A program made the translations under genes and the position numbers. Shown piece after piece: positions 8,553 through 18,269 of a stretch of 64,000 nucleotides of DNA (positions are counted from its first letter, which is position 1; each line of letters begins with the position of its first letter). The notes beneath the pieces were generated by a model. That model had not been told where the DNA came from. It worked only from the letters and a program-made list of their open reading frames with translations, and did not search any database. The DNA is from Vampirovibrio sp. (GTDB lineage: Bacteria > Cyanobacteriota > Vampirovibrionia > Vampirovibrionales > Vampirovibrionaceae): assembly GCF_041737375.1 (NCBI RefSeq), contig NZ_JBGSRV010000006.1, forward strand, positions 134,022 to 198,021. The letters run 5' to 3'.

Positions 8553-9713
8553 GTGATGAGTGATCCCCCAATCCTCAGGAAACCTCCGCAGGTGTTTATG
8601 AGCCGTTCCGTTTTTAAACGATTAGCCCTTATGGCGTTGTTGGCCATGTTCTCTCAGGTGGTGTTGGCTTCGGCCGCAACGTCGGCCATTACCCCTGATC
8701 CCAGTAATATTCGCATGACCGCGGATAAACAGTCTTATAACTTGCCAGAAAAGAAATATATACTCAGCGGGCATGTCACCGTTGCGTTTCAGGATATGCG
8801 GATTACCGGCAACAAGGCCGAGGTGGATATGGATGCCGCTGGGAAGCCGCAAGTGGCTAACTTTTACAATCGGCCCACCTTCAAGCGCATTAAGCCCAAT
8901 GTGGGTGAAGATAACATTGTGGGCGATGTTATCAAGGTTTATCTGGCCGAAGATCGTTACGGGGCTTTGGGAAACGTGGTGTCTCATATTGCCACCGTGG
9001 CCGCTGCCCCGTTTTTAATTCGCTCCGATGCTCAGGAATTTGACAATAAAAACAAGGTGGTTTCAGCCAGCGGTAACGTAAAGGTGGATTATAAAGGCTC
9101 TCGTGCTTTTAGCTCTATCGCCAACGTTCGCATGAAGCCCGATGGCAAGGCAGACCGGGTTATTTTTTCCGGTGGGGCTAAAATAGAGCAGGAAAACAGT
9201 GTCATTAACGGCGATCGCATTACGGTGATGGTTGATTCCGGGAATTTGATCGCTGAAAATCATGTAACCACCAATGTGAATTTGAAAGAAAGCCCTTCGC
9301 CCATTGCCAAGCCCACCACAACCCCGGCTTCGGCTAAACCCACCAAGGTAATTATTACCTCAGATTATCAGCAGTATGACAAATCATCCGATGTGATGAT
9401 GGCCAGCGGTAATGTCAAAATTCTCTACGATGATTATGTGGCCGTGGGTCCCAAGGCCACTTTTAAGCTGAAGGGCAATGATCTGGATCGCATTTTCCTG
9501 ACCGGACGCCCCACCATTACCGAGCCGGGCCGGGTAATTACCGCCGATAAAATTACCATTACCACCAATCCCAAAAATTTTGACGCGGTAGGCAATGTAA
9601 AAGTGAACTTCAAAACCGAAAACAAAGGCGCTCAGCAACCGGCCGCCACGCCTGCCAAAGGGCCTGCTACGGGTGCTAAAGCCTTGCCCTCCGATGAGGC
9701 CTCGGACTATTAG
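8553..9713 (+). CDS. Periplasmic LptA/OstA-family protein with two tandem OstA-like domains and low-complexity linker/tail
   Basis: Signal peptide. The first ~200 aa are LptA-like (ITGNKAEVDMDAAGKP...). A Pro/Thr-rich linker is followed by a second OstA-like repeat. It lies directly upstream of lptB. Confidence 0.6.
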   Translation: MMSDPPILRKPPQVFMSRSVFKRLALMALLAMFSQVVLASAATSAITPDPSNIRMTADKQSYNLPEKKYILSGHVTVAFQDMRITGNKAEVDMDAAGKPQVANFYNRPTFKRIKPNVGEDNIVGDVIKVYLAEDRYGALGNVVSHIATVAAAPFLIRSDAQEFDNKNKVVSASGNVKVDYKGSRAFSSIANVRMKPDGKADRVIFSGGAKIEQENSVINGDRITVMVDSGNLIAENHVTTNVNLKESPSPIAKPTTTPASAKPTKVIITSDYQQYDKSSDVMMASGNVKILYDDYVAVGPKATFKLKGNDLDRIFLTGRPTITEPGRVITADKITITTNPKNFDAVGNVKVNFKTENKGAQQPAATPAKGPATGAKALPSDEASDY

Positions 9714-9772
9714 TTAGAACGCCCTTCGGTCTTTCTCCGTCTTAATCTGGTTGAGTTTGGAATTCTTGCCCT

Positions 9773-10492
9773 ATGCCCCTCATCGTTGAACATCTTCGTA
9801 AAAGTTATGCCGGTCGTCCTGTGGTCAACGACATTTCTTTCGATATCAATCCGGGCGAGATTGTAGGCTTACTGGGACCCAACGGGGCCGGAAAAACCAC
9901 CACCTTTTATTCCGTGGTGGGCATTGTCAAGCCCAATGGGGGCACTGTCTCGCTGGATGATCGGGTCCTGTCCGGGTTGCCCATTCATGAGCGGGCCAAG
10001 GCGGGTATTGGGTATTTGCCGCAGGAAACGTCGGTCTTTCGCAGCTTAACGGTAGAAGAAAACCTGGCGCTGGTACTGGAATTTCAGCCAATGAGCGCCA
10101 AAGAACGCCAGCAGCGTATTGATACATTGCTGGAGGAGTTCGGAATCACCAAGCTGAGAGCCGCTTCTGTCATCAGCCTGTCTGGGGGGGAGCGACGTCG
10201 GGTTGAAATTGCCCGGGCCATTGCCACCAATCCCAAGTATTTACTGTTGGATGAGCCTTTTACCGGTATTGATCCCATTGCCATTCAGGATATTCAAAAG
10301 TTAATTGTATTGCTGAAAGAGCGGGGACTGGGCATTTTGCTCACCGATCACAACCCTCGGGCCACCTTGTCGGTGGTTGATCGCGCCAATATTATTCACG
10401 ATGGCAAGTTGATTTTCTCCGGTACCAACGTGGCCGTCGCCCAGAATGAAATGGTTCGCCGAACCTATCTGGGCGAAGACTTCAGCTTGTAG
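9773..10492 (+). CDS. lptB: LPS export ABC transporter ATP-binding protein LptB
   Basis: Walker A GPNGAGKTT, signature LSGGERRRVEIARA, Walker B LLLDEP. High similarity to the LptB family. Confidence 0.85.
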   Translation: MPLIVEHLRKSYAGRPVVNDISFDINPGEIVGLLGPNGAGKTTTFYSVVGIVKPNGGTVSLDDRVLSGLPIHERAKAGIGYLPQETSVFRSLTVEENLALVLEFQPMSAKERQQRIDTLLEEFGITKLRAASVISLSGGERRRVEIARAIATNPKYLLLDEPFTGIDPIAIQDIQKLIVLLKERGLGILLTDHNPRATLSVVDRANIIHDGKLIFSGTNVAVAQNEMVRRTYLGEDFSL

Positions 10493-10504
10493 GAGTACGG
10501 AACG

Positions 10505-11635
10505 TTGAGATCGACCAAACTTTTCTCCCTGCTGGACTGGTACTTAGGTAGCCAGCTTTTTTTGATTGTGCTGTTTGCGGTGGTGCTGTTCAGTATTATC
10601 TGGCTGGCCCCGGAAACCTTGTTTAAACTGACCCAGTACGTTTTTGGCGGACAAATCAGCCCTTGGCAGGGCCTGGTGATGTTTTTGCTGCATTTGCCGC
10701 AAGTGTTGCCGCAAACCATTCCCATTGCCGTATTGCTGGGAACCATTATTCTGTTTCAGCGGCTTAGCCAGAACTATGAGCTGGTGGCGTTATTGGCCAG
10801 TGGCATTAGCCCTGCCCGTATTTTAGCGGCAGTACTATGGATTGGCCTGCTGTTTGGCGGGTTTCACGCGGCGGTAAACGAGTGGGTGATTCCTAATACC
10901 GCCAATTGGCTGGAAAAATATTATACGGATGCCGAATTAAAGGACGTGCCTGATCGCAACTTTTTGTTTGTGGAAAAAAATCACGATAAAAAGCTCAGCA
11001 AGTTCTTTTTAATTGGGCAAATCCAGAAGCCGGAATTATCGGATTTTATTATTTTGTACTATACCGATACCCCTCAGGCGGGGGTACAAATTTCTCGAAT
11101 CATTCGGGCCAATACGGGCCGCTGGATGCCCAAAAGCCATCAGTGGGAACTGAAGGATGGTATTGAGTATGTTTTGGATGAGGATGGCGTTTACCACGAT
11201 ATCCGTCAATTCAGTCAGCAACAAATCAGAACGGATAAATACGCCGCCATTTTGCTGGATTACACCCAGCAAAACCCCATGATTATGCCTTGGGGCCAGC
11301 TACGGCAATACATTCGCTTGATGAAAGAAGGCGGCCAGTTGCAGGATGTGCCGTTTTTTGAAGTACGGGTCTGGCAGAAGTGGTCTGCGCCTGTGGCCAC
11401 CATTATTTTTGCCTTGCTGGGCGCTTTGCTGGGCATGGAACGGGTCAGAACCAACCGGGTCTATGGGTTGTTGTTCGGTGTGATTGTGGTCTTTTTCTAC
11501 AGTATTCTGGTGCCGTTTTCCGGTAGTTTTGGTTCGCTGGATTTGATTGCCCCCTGGCTGGTGGCCTGGATTCCTTTAATGGCCGCTATTTTAACTACGC
11601 TTGTATTGCACTCGTTGCGCCCTACACAGGGATAG
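10505..11635 (+). CDS. LPS export permease LptF/LptG (YjgP/YjgQ family)
   Basis: N-terminal TM bundle (LASGISPARIL motif), a central periplasmic beta-jellyroll-like region and C-terminal TMs. Adjacent to lptB. Confidence 0.75.
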   Translation: MRSTKLFSLLDWYLGSQLFLIVLFAVVLFSIIWLAPETLFKLTQYVFGGQISPWQGLVMFLLHLPQVLPQTIPIAVLLGTIILFQRLSQNYELVALLASGISPARILAAVLWIGLLFGGFHAAVNEWVIPNTANWLEKYYTDAELKDVPDRNFLFVEKNHDKKLSKFFLIGQIQKPELSDFIILYYTDTPQAGVQISRIIRANTGRWMPKSHQWELKDGIEYVLDEDGVYHDIRQFSQQQIRTDKYAAILLDYTQQNPMIMPWGQLRQYIRLMKEGGQLQDVPFFEVRVWQKWSAPVATIIFALLGALLGMERVRTNRVYGLLFGVIVVFFYSILVPFSGSFGSLDLIAPWLVAWIPLMAAILTTLVLHSLRPTQG

Positions 11636-11765
11636 CGTTTTTTTCACCGCTTTCCCGTTTTAAATCGGTTTCAGGTTGATCTCGTCCGGGTGGATATGGT
11701 GAGAGTGTTTCAAGATGCTCTAAAATGGAAAAAGCGAGTAAGGGTGAAAGTACCAAGTCGATTGC

Positions 11766-12896
11766 ATGGCTATGTTCAAAAACTATTATCAAGTTTTGGG
11801 GGTGGAAACCTTTGCGGACGCAGAGGTGGTCAGGCAGGCTTTTCGAAAACTGGCCCGGCAACATCACCCGGATTTGAACGCTGGCAATACCCAGGCAGAA
11901 GAACGCTTCAAACAACTTAATGAAGCGTATGAAATTTTAAGCAACCCGGATAAGCGGGCCATGCATGATGCCAGTTTGCAGGCCATGCAGCAAGGCAGCG
12001 CCACTGAAGGCAAAAACGCTTATAAAAAACAGGCGGCTCAGCAGGCTAAAGGAAAAGCTACGCCTCCCCCACCCAGCGAGAAAAAAACCACTGCCCCTCC
12101 TTCCGACAAAACGCCGGAGGACAAAGCGCAAACCAAGGGAAGCACTACCTCTATTAACGATTTGTTTGAATCTTTTTTGAAAAAAGGGTTTCAGGACAAG
12201 TCTAATCAAGCCTCATCCACCGAAGGCGTGTTTAAAACCGGCAAGGAAAGCGGCGGTAAGCCCTCCGAAAAATCCGCTCGGGGCGAGGATGTGCATGTAA
12301 AAACGGTGATTGCCCTTCAGGAAGCCTCAGAAGGGGTGGTTAAAACGGTCAATGTTCAGCATAACGAGCTTTGTCGCCGTTGTTCCGGCACCGGAAAAGT
12401 GAATGGGGCGGTTTGCCCGGTGTGCCATGGGGAAAAGATTTTAATTCGTCTGAAAAAAATTGATGTGCGCATTCCGGCGGGGGTTAAAAACGGTTCCAAA
12501 GTTCGGGTGGCCAAGGAAGGCGGGAGGGGGCAGGGGGGTGCGGAAAGCGGAGACTTGTTTCTGCAAATTGAAATCAGCTTTGATCCGGCCTTACGCATAG
12601 AGGGCATGGATGTTTACGGGGAAGTGCCGATTGCGTTAACCGATGCCGTATTGGGTTGTGAAATTGAGGTCAACACCCTGAATGGGGGCGTTAAAATGAC
12701 CGTGCCAGCCGGTACTCAGCCCGGTAAGGTGTTTCGGCTGAAGGAACGAGGGGTGCAAAGTGGCCTGACGCAGGGGGATCATTTTGTGACCGTGGTGGTG
12801 GTGCTTCCCGATCATTTGTCGGCCCGAGAAAAAGAGTTGTATCAGGAACTGGCCCGGTTGCGTCCTGAAAAGCCCAGCCCCAAAAAGCCTCGCTAA
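11766..12896 (+). CDS. DnaJ-family J-protein (J domain, K/A/P-rich linker, single CxxCxGxG pair, C-terminal substrate-binding domain)
   Basis: YYQVLGV...HHPDLN...AYEILSNPDKRA J-domain with HPD. It has CRRCSGTG/CPVCHGEK, and a C-terminal region similar to DnaJ CTD II. Confidence 0.7.
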   Translation: MAMFKNYYQVLGVETFADAEVVRQAFRKLARQHHPDLNAGNTQAEERFKQLNEAYEILSNPDKRAMHDASLQAMQQGSATEGKNAYKKQAAQQAKGKATPPPPSEKKTTAPPSDKTPEDKAQTKGSTTSINDLFESFLKKGFQDKSNQASSTEGVFKTGKESGGKPSEKSARGEDVHVKTVIALQEASEGVVKTVNVQHNELCRRCSGTGKVNGAVCPVCHGEKILIRLKKIDVRIPAGVKNGSKVRVAKEGGRGQGGAESGDLFLQIEISFDPALRIEGMDVYGEVPIALTDAVLGCEIEVNTLNGGVKMTVPAGTQPGKVFRLKERGVQSGLTQGDHFVTVVVVLPDHLSAREKELYQELARLRPEKPSPKKPR

Positions 12897-12958
12897 AAAA
12901 GTGAATAGCGGGCCTACATCGTTCGGATGATGTTCGCCGCCTGAAAAATCTCCATACT

Positions 12959-13777
12959 ATGGAGGAACGTGGTGAAAGTGTGGAGTATTGCCGGATGAGC
13001 GGGACTGGCCTCAGGGTTGATCGTGGATTGAGAATAATGGGCCTGCTGATGCTGGGGTTGGCGCTAGCGTGCCTACTGACCCCTCCGGCTATGGCCCAGT
13101 TGGGGATTCCTACCGTGGATATTCAGGTAGGCTCTGCCACCAATCCCCAGGAAGTGAGCAAGGGGCTGCAAATTCTGGTTTTGCTCACCGTGCTTACTTT
13201 AGCGCCCGCTATTTTGGTTATGGGCACCGCTTTTACCCGCATTGTGATTGTGTTGTCTCTGGTGCGCCAAGCCATCGGTACCCCTCAGTTGCCACCCAGT
13301 CAGGTGATTATTGGCTTGTCTTTGATTTTAACCTTTTTTGTGATGTCCCCCACCTTCACCCAAATTAACAAGGAGGCGTTTCAGCCTTATTTAAAGGGGC
13401 AAATGCCGCAAGAGCAAGCGTTAACCAAGGCCATGGTGCCGGTTCGAACCTTTATGTTCAAGCAAACCGCGCCCAAGGATCTGGAATTGTTTATGAGTCT
13501 GGCCAAATTAAAAAAGCCCAAAAACCGGGGCGAGGTGCCTACCCACGTTCTGCTGCCCGCTTTTACCATTAGTGAGCTTAAAACGGCTTTTCAGCTTGGG
13601 TTTATCATTTTTCTGCCGTTTTTGATTATTGATATGGTGGTGTCCAGCGTGCTGGTTTCCATGGGTATGATGTTTTTGCCGCCCGCCACAGTGGCCCTGC
13701 CCTTCAAGCTGGTGTTATTCGTGCTGGTGGATGGTTGGCACTTGATTTCCCAGTCGCTTGTCACCGGATTTGGTTAG
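12959..13777 (+). CDS. fliP: Type III export apparatus protein FliP (flagellar-type; SctR homolog)
   Basis: LAPAILVMGTAFTRIVIVLSLVRQAIGTPQLPPSQVIIGLSLILTFFVMSP is the canonical FliP/SctR core. A cleavable signal-peptide-like N-terminus favours the flagellar FliP type. The true start is possibly the internal ATG at 13037. Confidence 0.85.
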   Translation: MEERGESVEYCRMSGTGLRVDRGLRIMGLLMLGLALACLLTPPAMAQLGIPTVDIQVGSATNPQEVSKGLQILVLLTVLTLAPAILVMGTAFTRIVIVLSLVRQAIGTPQLPPSQVIIGLSLILTFFVMSPTFTQINKEAFQPYLKGQMPQEQALTKAMVPVRTFMFKQTAPKDLELFMSLAKLKKPKNRGEVPTHVLLPAFTISELKTAFQLGFIIFLPFLIIDMVVSSVLVSMGMMFLPPATVALPFKLVLFVLVDGWHLISQSLVTGFG

Positions 13778-13787
13778 GAGACAGCGC

Positions 13788-14069
13788 ATGACAGAATCTG
13801 CCTTTATTGATTTATTGCAAAACGCGTTGTGGCTGATTATTTTGCTATCGGCCCCCATGTTGCTGGTAAACCTGATGGTGGGGGTGTCTATCTCTATCTT
13901 TCAGGCGGTTACCCAGATTCAGGAAGCCTCTTTGTCCTTTGTGCCAAAGCTGCTGGCTTCCTTTTTGGTACTCATTCTGGCAGGGCCGTGGATGACCCAG
14001 ATGGTGCTGGATTACTCCAACCAGATTTTTGAAACCCTGATTGAAGTGGCCCAAGCGCCCAAAAAGTAA
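13788..14069 (+). CDS. fliQ: Type III export apparatus protein FliQ (SctS homolog)
   Basis: The 93-aa two-TM protein (MTESAFIDLLQNALWLIILLSAPMLL...) matches FliQ. aggaga RBS 8 nt upstream of the ATG. Confidence 0.8.
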   Translation: MTESAFIDLLQNALWLIILLSAPMLLVNLMVGVSISIFQAVTQIQEASLSFVPKLLASFLVLILAGPWMTQMVLDYSNQIFETLIEVAQAPKK

Positions 14070-14113
14070 CCTCAAAAATTACCCCCAAAAATTACCCAAG
14101 GAGCCTCGTTCAT

Positions 14114-14899
14114 TTGGATTTGAGTCTGCTGACCCTGAATACCGTGATTGGCTTCCTACTGGTGCTGTTTCGCATTGCCGGAATGATGGCCAGCGCCCCG
14201 TTATTCAACATGCACAACATTCCCAATCAGGTTAAGGTGGGTTTTGCGGTTACCATTGCGCTCATTCTGTTTCCCTTGCACGCGGGCAATCTGGTCATTC
14301 CCAAAGATTTAATTCAGTTTGCTCTATTGGCGATTCAGGAAAGTATTTTAGGCATTCTCATCGGCTTTACGGCCAATCTGGTGTTTATTGCCCTGCAAAT
14401 TGCCGGGGAATTTTTTAGTATGCAAATGGGTCTGTCCATCGCCAACTTGCTGGATCCGGTTACCAATACCCAGTCGGCGGTGGTTGGGCAGTTCTTTTTC
14501 TACTTTGCGGCGCTGTTGTTTTTGAATCTGAATATTCACCATGCGTTGATTGTGGGCGTGGATCGAAGTTTCAATGCCATTCCTTTGGGGCATTTTATTG
14601 GGGAAGGGAACTTAACCGGAGGCTTGATGGCGGAACGGTTTATCCGGCTTAGCGGCGATATGTTTATTATGGCCATGATGGTGAGTGTGCCGCTGATGTC
14701 TATATTGATCTTGCTGGAAATCGCGTTGAGCTTTGTGGCTAAAGTAATGCCGCAAATGAATATTTTTATCGTGGGCTTGCCGGTTAAAGTGGGCGGCGGC
14801 CTTTTTGCCATGATGGTTAGCCTTCCTTATCTCAGCACCTTGCTGGGAGAACATTACGCCACCCTCGTCAAGGTCCTGCTGGGCCTTTACAAGACGTGA
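14114..14899 (+). CDS. fliR: Type III export apparatus protein FliR (SctT homolog)
   Basis: Six-TM ~260-aa protein with FliR-like conserved glycine/proline pattern. TTG start predicted, so the start is uncertain. Confidence 0.7.
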   Translation: MDLSLLTLNTVIGFLLVLFRIAGMMASAPLFNMHNIPNQVKVGFAVTIALILFPLHAGNLVIPKDLIQFALLAIQESILGILIGFTANLVFIALQIAGEFFSMQMGLSIANLLDPVTNTQSAVVGQFFFYFAALLFLNLNIHHALIVGVDRSFNAIPLGHFIGEGNLTGGLMAERFIRLSGDMFIMAMMVSVPLMSILILLEIALSFVAKVMPQMNIFIVGLPVKVGGGLFAMMVSLPYLSTLLGEHYATLVKVLLGLYKT

Positions 14900-14916
14900 G
14901 GGGAGGCTAGCAGAAG

Positions 14917-16077
14917 ATGTCTGGAGAAAAGACAGAAAAGCCAACTGGCAAGCGTGTCTCTGACGCGCGGAACAAGGGGCAGGTTGCCAAAAGTCAGGAT
15001 TTTAACGGGGCGCTGGTTTTAATCGCGGTCACCTGGATGATGGGGTCTATGGGACCTTACACCATTAATACCGTTTACGCCCAAATGCAATATTCCTTTG
15101 GCAAGCTGTTAACCAGCCCCATGGCGCTCAAGCCTTTTAGCAAGGAAACCTTTCAGGGGTTGTTTGCCGGTACTCTGGAGTCCATGATTTGGCTGATGTT
15201 GCCCTTTTTGCTATCGGTGTGCGTAATGGCCATTATCTCCAACCTCACCCAGGTAGGCCCCTTGTTTACCATGCAAGCGCTTGCTCCCAAGCTGGACAAG
15301 CTGAATCCACTGAACGGGTTTAAACGCCTTTTTTCAATGCGTTCTGTCATTGAAGTGGTGAAGGCCATTATTAAAATGAGTATTATCGGGGCTTGCGGCT
15401 ATTCGGTCATTCGTGGCCACTTGCAGGAGTTGATGGGGTTGGGCGCCCTGGAAGTACCCACCGCGTGGGGCGTGATTGTGGGCGTGGCAGGCGAAATTGC
15501 CAAGTGGGGCTGTATCTCGTTTCTCATTATTGGTATGGCCGACTGGCGCTATCAGGCTTGGGAGATGGAAAAGCAACTCCGCATGTCCAAACAGGATATT
15601 AAAGATGAGCGCAAGAACATTGACGGCGATCCCATGATGAAAAGCCGCATGCGGCAAATGGGAATGAAGATGATGCGCACCCGTCAGCTGGCGGCAGTGC
15701 CCACCGCCGACGTGGTGATTACCAACCCCACCCACTACGCCATTGCCCTGAAATACGATCCAGACATTGCCCCTGCCCCGGTGGTGGTGGCCATGGGAAA
15801 AGATATATTCGCCCAAAAAATTAAGGAAGTGGCCAAAGAGGCAGGGGTTCCCATGGTGGAAAACAAGCCTTTGGCCCGTGCGCTTTATCCGGTGATTGAG
15901 GTGGAATGCATGGTTCCGCCAGATTTGTTTGTGGCCGTGGCCGAAGTGCTGGCGTTTGTGTTCGCCAAAAACAAGGGACGCAGGATGGCCGCCCAAAAAC
16001 GCTCTAAAGAAGCGGCCCAAAAAGAGGCGGCCCGGAAAGCGGCGGTTCAGAGAAAGCGGGAGGATGCTAGCGAATGA
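14917..16077 (+). CDS. flhB: Type III export switch protein FlhB (SctU homolog)
   Basis: N-terminal 4-TM domain and a cytoplasmic domain with the autocleavage motif NPTH (ITNPTHYAIALKYD). Confidence 0.85.
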   Translation: MSGEKTEKPTGKRVSDARNKGQVAKSQDFNGALVLIAVTWMMGSMGPYTINTVYAQMQYSFGKLLTSPMALKPFSKETFQGLFAGTLESMIWLMLPFLLSVCVMAIISNLTQVGPLFTMQALAPKLDKLNPLNGFKRLFSMRSVIEVVKAIIKMSIIGACGYSVIRGHLQELMGLGALEVPTAWGVIVGVAGEIAKWGCISFLIIGMADWRYQAWEMEKQLRMSKQDIKDERKNIDGDPMMKSRMRQMGMKMMRTRQLAAVPTADVVITNPTHYAIALKYDPDIAPAPVVVAMGKDIFAQKIKEVAKEAGVPMVENKPLARALYPVIEVECMVPPDLFVAVAEVLAFVFAKNKGRRMAAQKRSKEAAQKEAARKAAVQRKREDASE

Positions 16078-18185
16078 GTTCCCCTTTCAAAAACCTGCCT
16101 AAACTGGGCTGGAAAGACCTGCTGAAGCACAACGATGTGCTGCTGGCCGTCGGCATTGTGTTTGTGGTCACCATGATGGTGATTCCCCTTTCGCCCTTTT
16201 TGCTAGATGTGTTTTTGACCCTGAACATTGCCTTATCCGTTACCATTTTGCTGGTCACCTTATACACTCAGGAGCCGCTTCAGTACTCCACCTTTCCCAC
16301 CGTGCTGCTGTTTGCCACCCTGTTTCGTTTGGGCCTTAACGTGAGTACCACCCGCCTGATTTTGCTGTATGGCGAGGCCGGAGAGGTGGTGCATGCCTTC
16401 GGGAACTTTGTCATTGGTGGCAACTACGTGGTGGGTATGCTGATTTTCATCATCCTCATCATTATCAACTTTATTGTTATCACCAACGGTGCGGGCCGGG
16501 TATCGGAAGTAGCGGCCCGATTTACTTTGGATGCCATGCCCGGTAAGCAGTTGAGTATTGATGCCGATTTGAACGCGGGCATGATTGATGAGAAGCAGGC
16601 CAAGCAGCGCCGCCAGAATATTCAGCGAGAAGCCGATTTTTACGGAACCATGGATGGTGCCAGCAAATTTGTAAAAGGCGATGCCATTGCCGCCATTATC
16701 ATTACGGTGATTAACATTGTGGGCGGCTTGATTATTGGTGTTTTGCAAATGGGAATGCCTTTGGAACAGGCCGCCGCCACCTTTACCACCTTATCGGTGG
16801 GGGATGGTCTGGTGTCTCAGTTACCGGCCTTAATTATTTCGGCGGCCACTGGTATTTTAGTAACTCGGGTCAATGATTCTGAAATGTCTCTGGGGGATGA
16901 AATCGGGGGACAAATGTTCCAGAACCCCAAAGTCTTAGCCATTATGGGCGGCCTGATGCTGTTGATGGGTATGGTTCCCGGTTTGCCCAACCTGCCGTTT
17001 TTAGTGGTGGGCGCTTTGGCCATAGGCGGTAGTTTTTTACTGGTTAAAAATACGCGGGAACAGGCCGAAATGAAGGTTTTGGAAGACAGCAAGGCCAAAA
17101 CCGTTCAAAAAAAGAAAACCACCACCGAAAATGTACTGGATATGCTGCAAGTGGAAACCCTGGAGCTGGAGATTGGTTACCGGCTGGTGCCTTTAATAGA
17201 GGCTGAGGCAGGGGGCGATTTGCTGGATCGCATTGCCCAGATTCGTAAGCAAATCGCGCTGGAATTTGGCTTTGTGCTGCCTTCCATTCGGGTGCGAGAT
17301 AATTTGCAGTTGCCGCCCAACCAGTACAACATCAAGCTACGGGGGGTGACCATTGAGCAAGGGGAGGTGATGGCCGATTTGTGGCTGGCTATGAGTACCG
17401 ATCCTGATATTACTGAACCCATTGAAGGCATTGAAACCAAAGAACCCGCTTTTGGGTTGCCTGCCTTGTGGATTGAATCGGATGAGAAAGAGCAGGCCGA
17501 AATGGTCGGCTATACCGTGGTAAGCGCTTCTTCGGTGGTATCTACCCATTTAACCGAAATGATCAAGAAAAACGCCGCCGAAATTCTGGGCCGAGGCGAT
17601 GTGCAGAACTTGCTGGGCAATACCAGAAAGGTGAACGAAAGCCTGGTGGGCGATTTGGTGCCGGATACCCTGACTGAGGCTGAAATCCAGATTGTTTTAC
17701 AAAACCTGTTGCGGGAAAAAGTCAGCATTCGGGATATGGTTACCATTCTGGAAGCCCTCAGCTATCATTGCCGGGTGAGCAAAGAGCCTGACTACCTGAC
17801 CGAGCAGGTACGCATGGCGTTGTCTCGCAGTATTTGCAAGCAGCATCAAAACCCGGATACCGGAGAGTTGCCTGTGGTCACTCTGGACCCCATGGTGGAA
17901 GAGCAAATGGCTCAAGGCTTAACGCAGGATGGGCAAACCCTGGCCATGGGGCCTGCCTTTACCCAAAAACTGTTTGCGGCCCTCAATCAGGAAATTGAAC
18001 GGGTAATCGGTGCCCACGGGGTGCAGCCGGTATTGCTGTGTAACGCCCGTTTGCGGCTGCCGTTTCGTCGCATGATTGATCGGATGCTGCCGCAAATTGC
18101 GGTGTTGTCCTATAACGAAATTGGCCCTAGCGTGAAAGCCACCGCCGTTGGCTCGGTGCGGGTGGATTTGGCCCAGCTCGCCTAG
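16074..18185 (+). CDS. flhA: Type III export gate protein FlhA (SctV homolog)
   Basis: 703 aa with 8 TM helices at the N-terminus, the FHIPEP motif region (GEAGEVVHAFGNFVIGGNYVVG) and a large cytoplasmic ring domain. Overlaps flhB by 4 nt. Confidence 0.9.
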   Translation: MSSPFKNLPKLGWKDLLKHNDVLLAVGIVFVVTMMVIPLSPFLLDVFLTLNIALSVTILLVTLYTQEPLQYSTFPTVLLFATLFRLGLNVSTTRLILLYGEAGEVVHAFGNFVIGGNYVVGMLIFIILIIINFIVITNGAGRVSEVAARFTLDAMPGKQLSIDADLNAGMIDEKQAKQRRQNIQREADFYGTMDGASKFVKGDAIAAIIITVINIVGGLIIGVLQMGMPLEQAAATFTTLSVGDGLVSQLPALIISAATGILVTRVNDSEMSLGDEIGGQMFQNPKVLAIMGGLMLLMGMVPGLPNLPFLVVGALAIGGSFLLVKNTREQAEMKVLEDSKAKTVQKKKTTTENVLDMLQVETLELEIGYRLVPLIEAEAGGDLLDRIAQIRKQIALEFGFVLPSIRVRDNLQLPPNQYNIKLRGVTIEQGEVMADLWLAMSTDPDITEPIEGIETKEPAFGLPALWIESDEKEQAEMVGYTVVSASSVVSTHLTEMIKKNAAEILGRGDVQNLLGNTRKVNESLVGDLVPDTLTEAEIQIVLQNLLREKVSIRDMVTILEALSYHCRVSKEPDYLTEQVRMALSRSICKQHQNPDTGELPVVTLDPMVEEQMAQGLTQDGQTLAMGPAFTQKLFAALNQEIERVIGAHGVQPVLLCNARLRLPFRRMIDRMLPQIAVLSYNEIGPSVKATAVGSVRVDLAQLA

Positions 18186-18269
18186 GTGGAGGATTAAAGG
18201 TGTGAGTAACCGGATTAATTGTTCCAGAAATTATAGGATGGAGATGAACACCCTTTTTCTGAAACCGGA

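Noticed and set aside
8380-8571. 63-aa minus-strand ORF upstream of lptA
   Set aside because: It has no RBS, lies in the promoter region between divergent genes, and is likely non-coding.
15334-16020. 228-aa His/Gly-rich ORF on the minus strand
   Set aside because: It lies entirely antisense within the well-supported flhB gene and has low-complexity composition typical of antisense GC-rich frames, so it is spurious.
16260-18000. Series of 60-160-aa minus-strand ORFs
   Set aside because: All are antisense inside flhA and are artefacts of GC-rich coding sequence.
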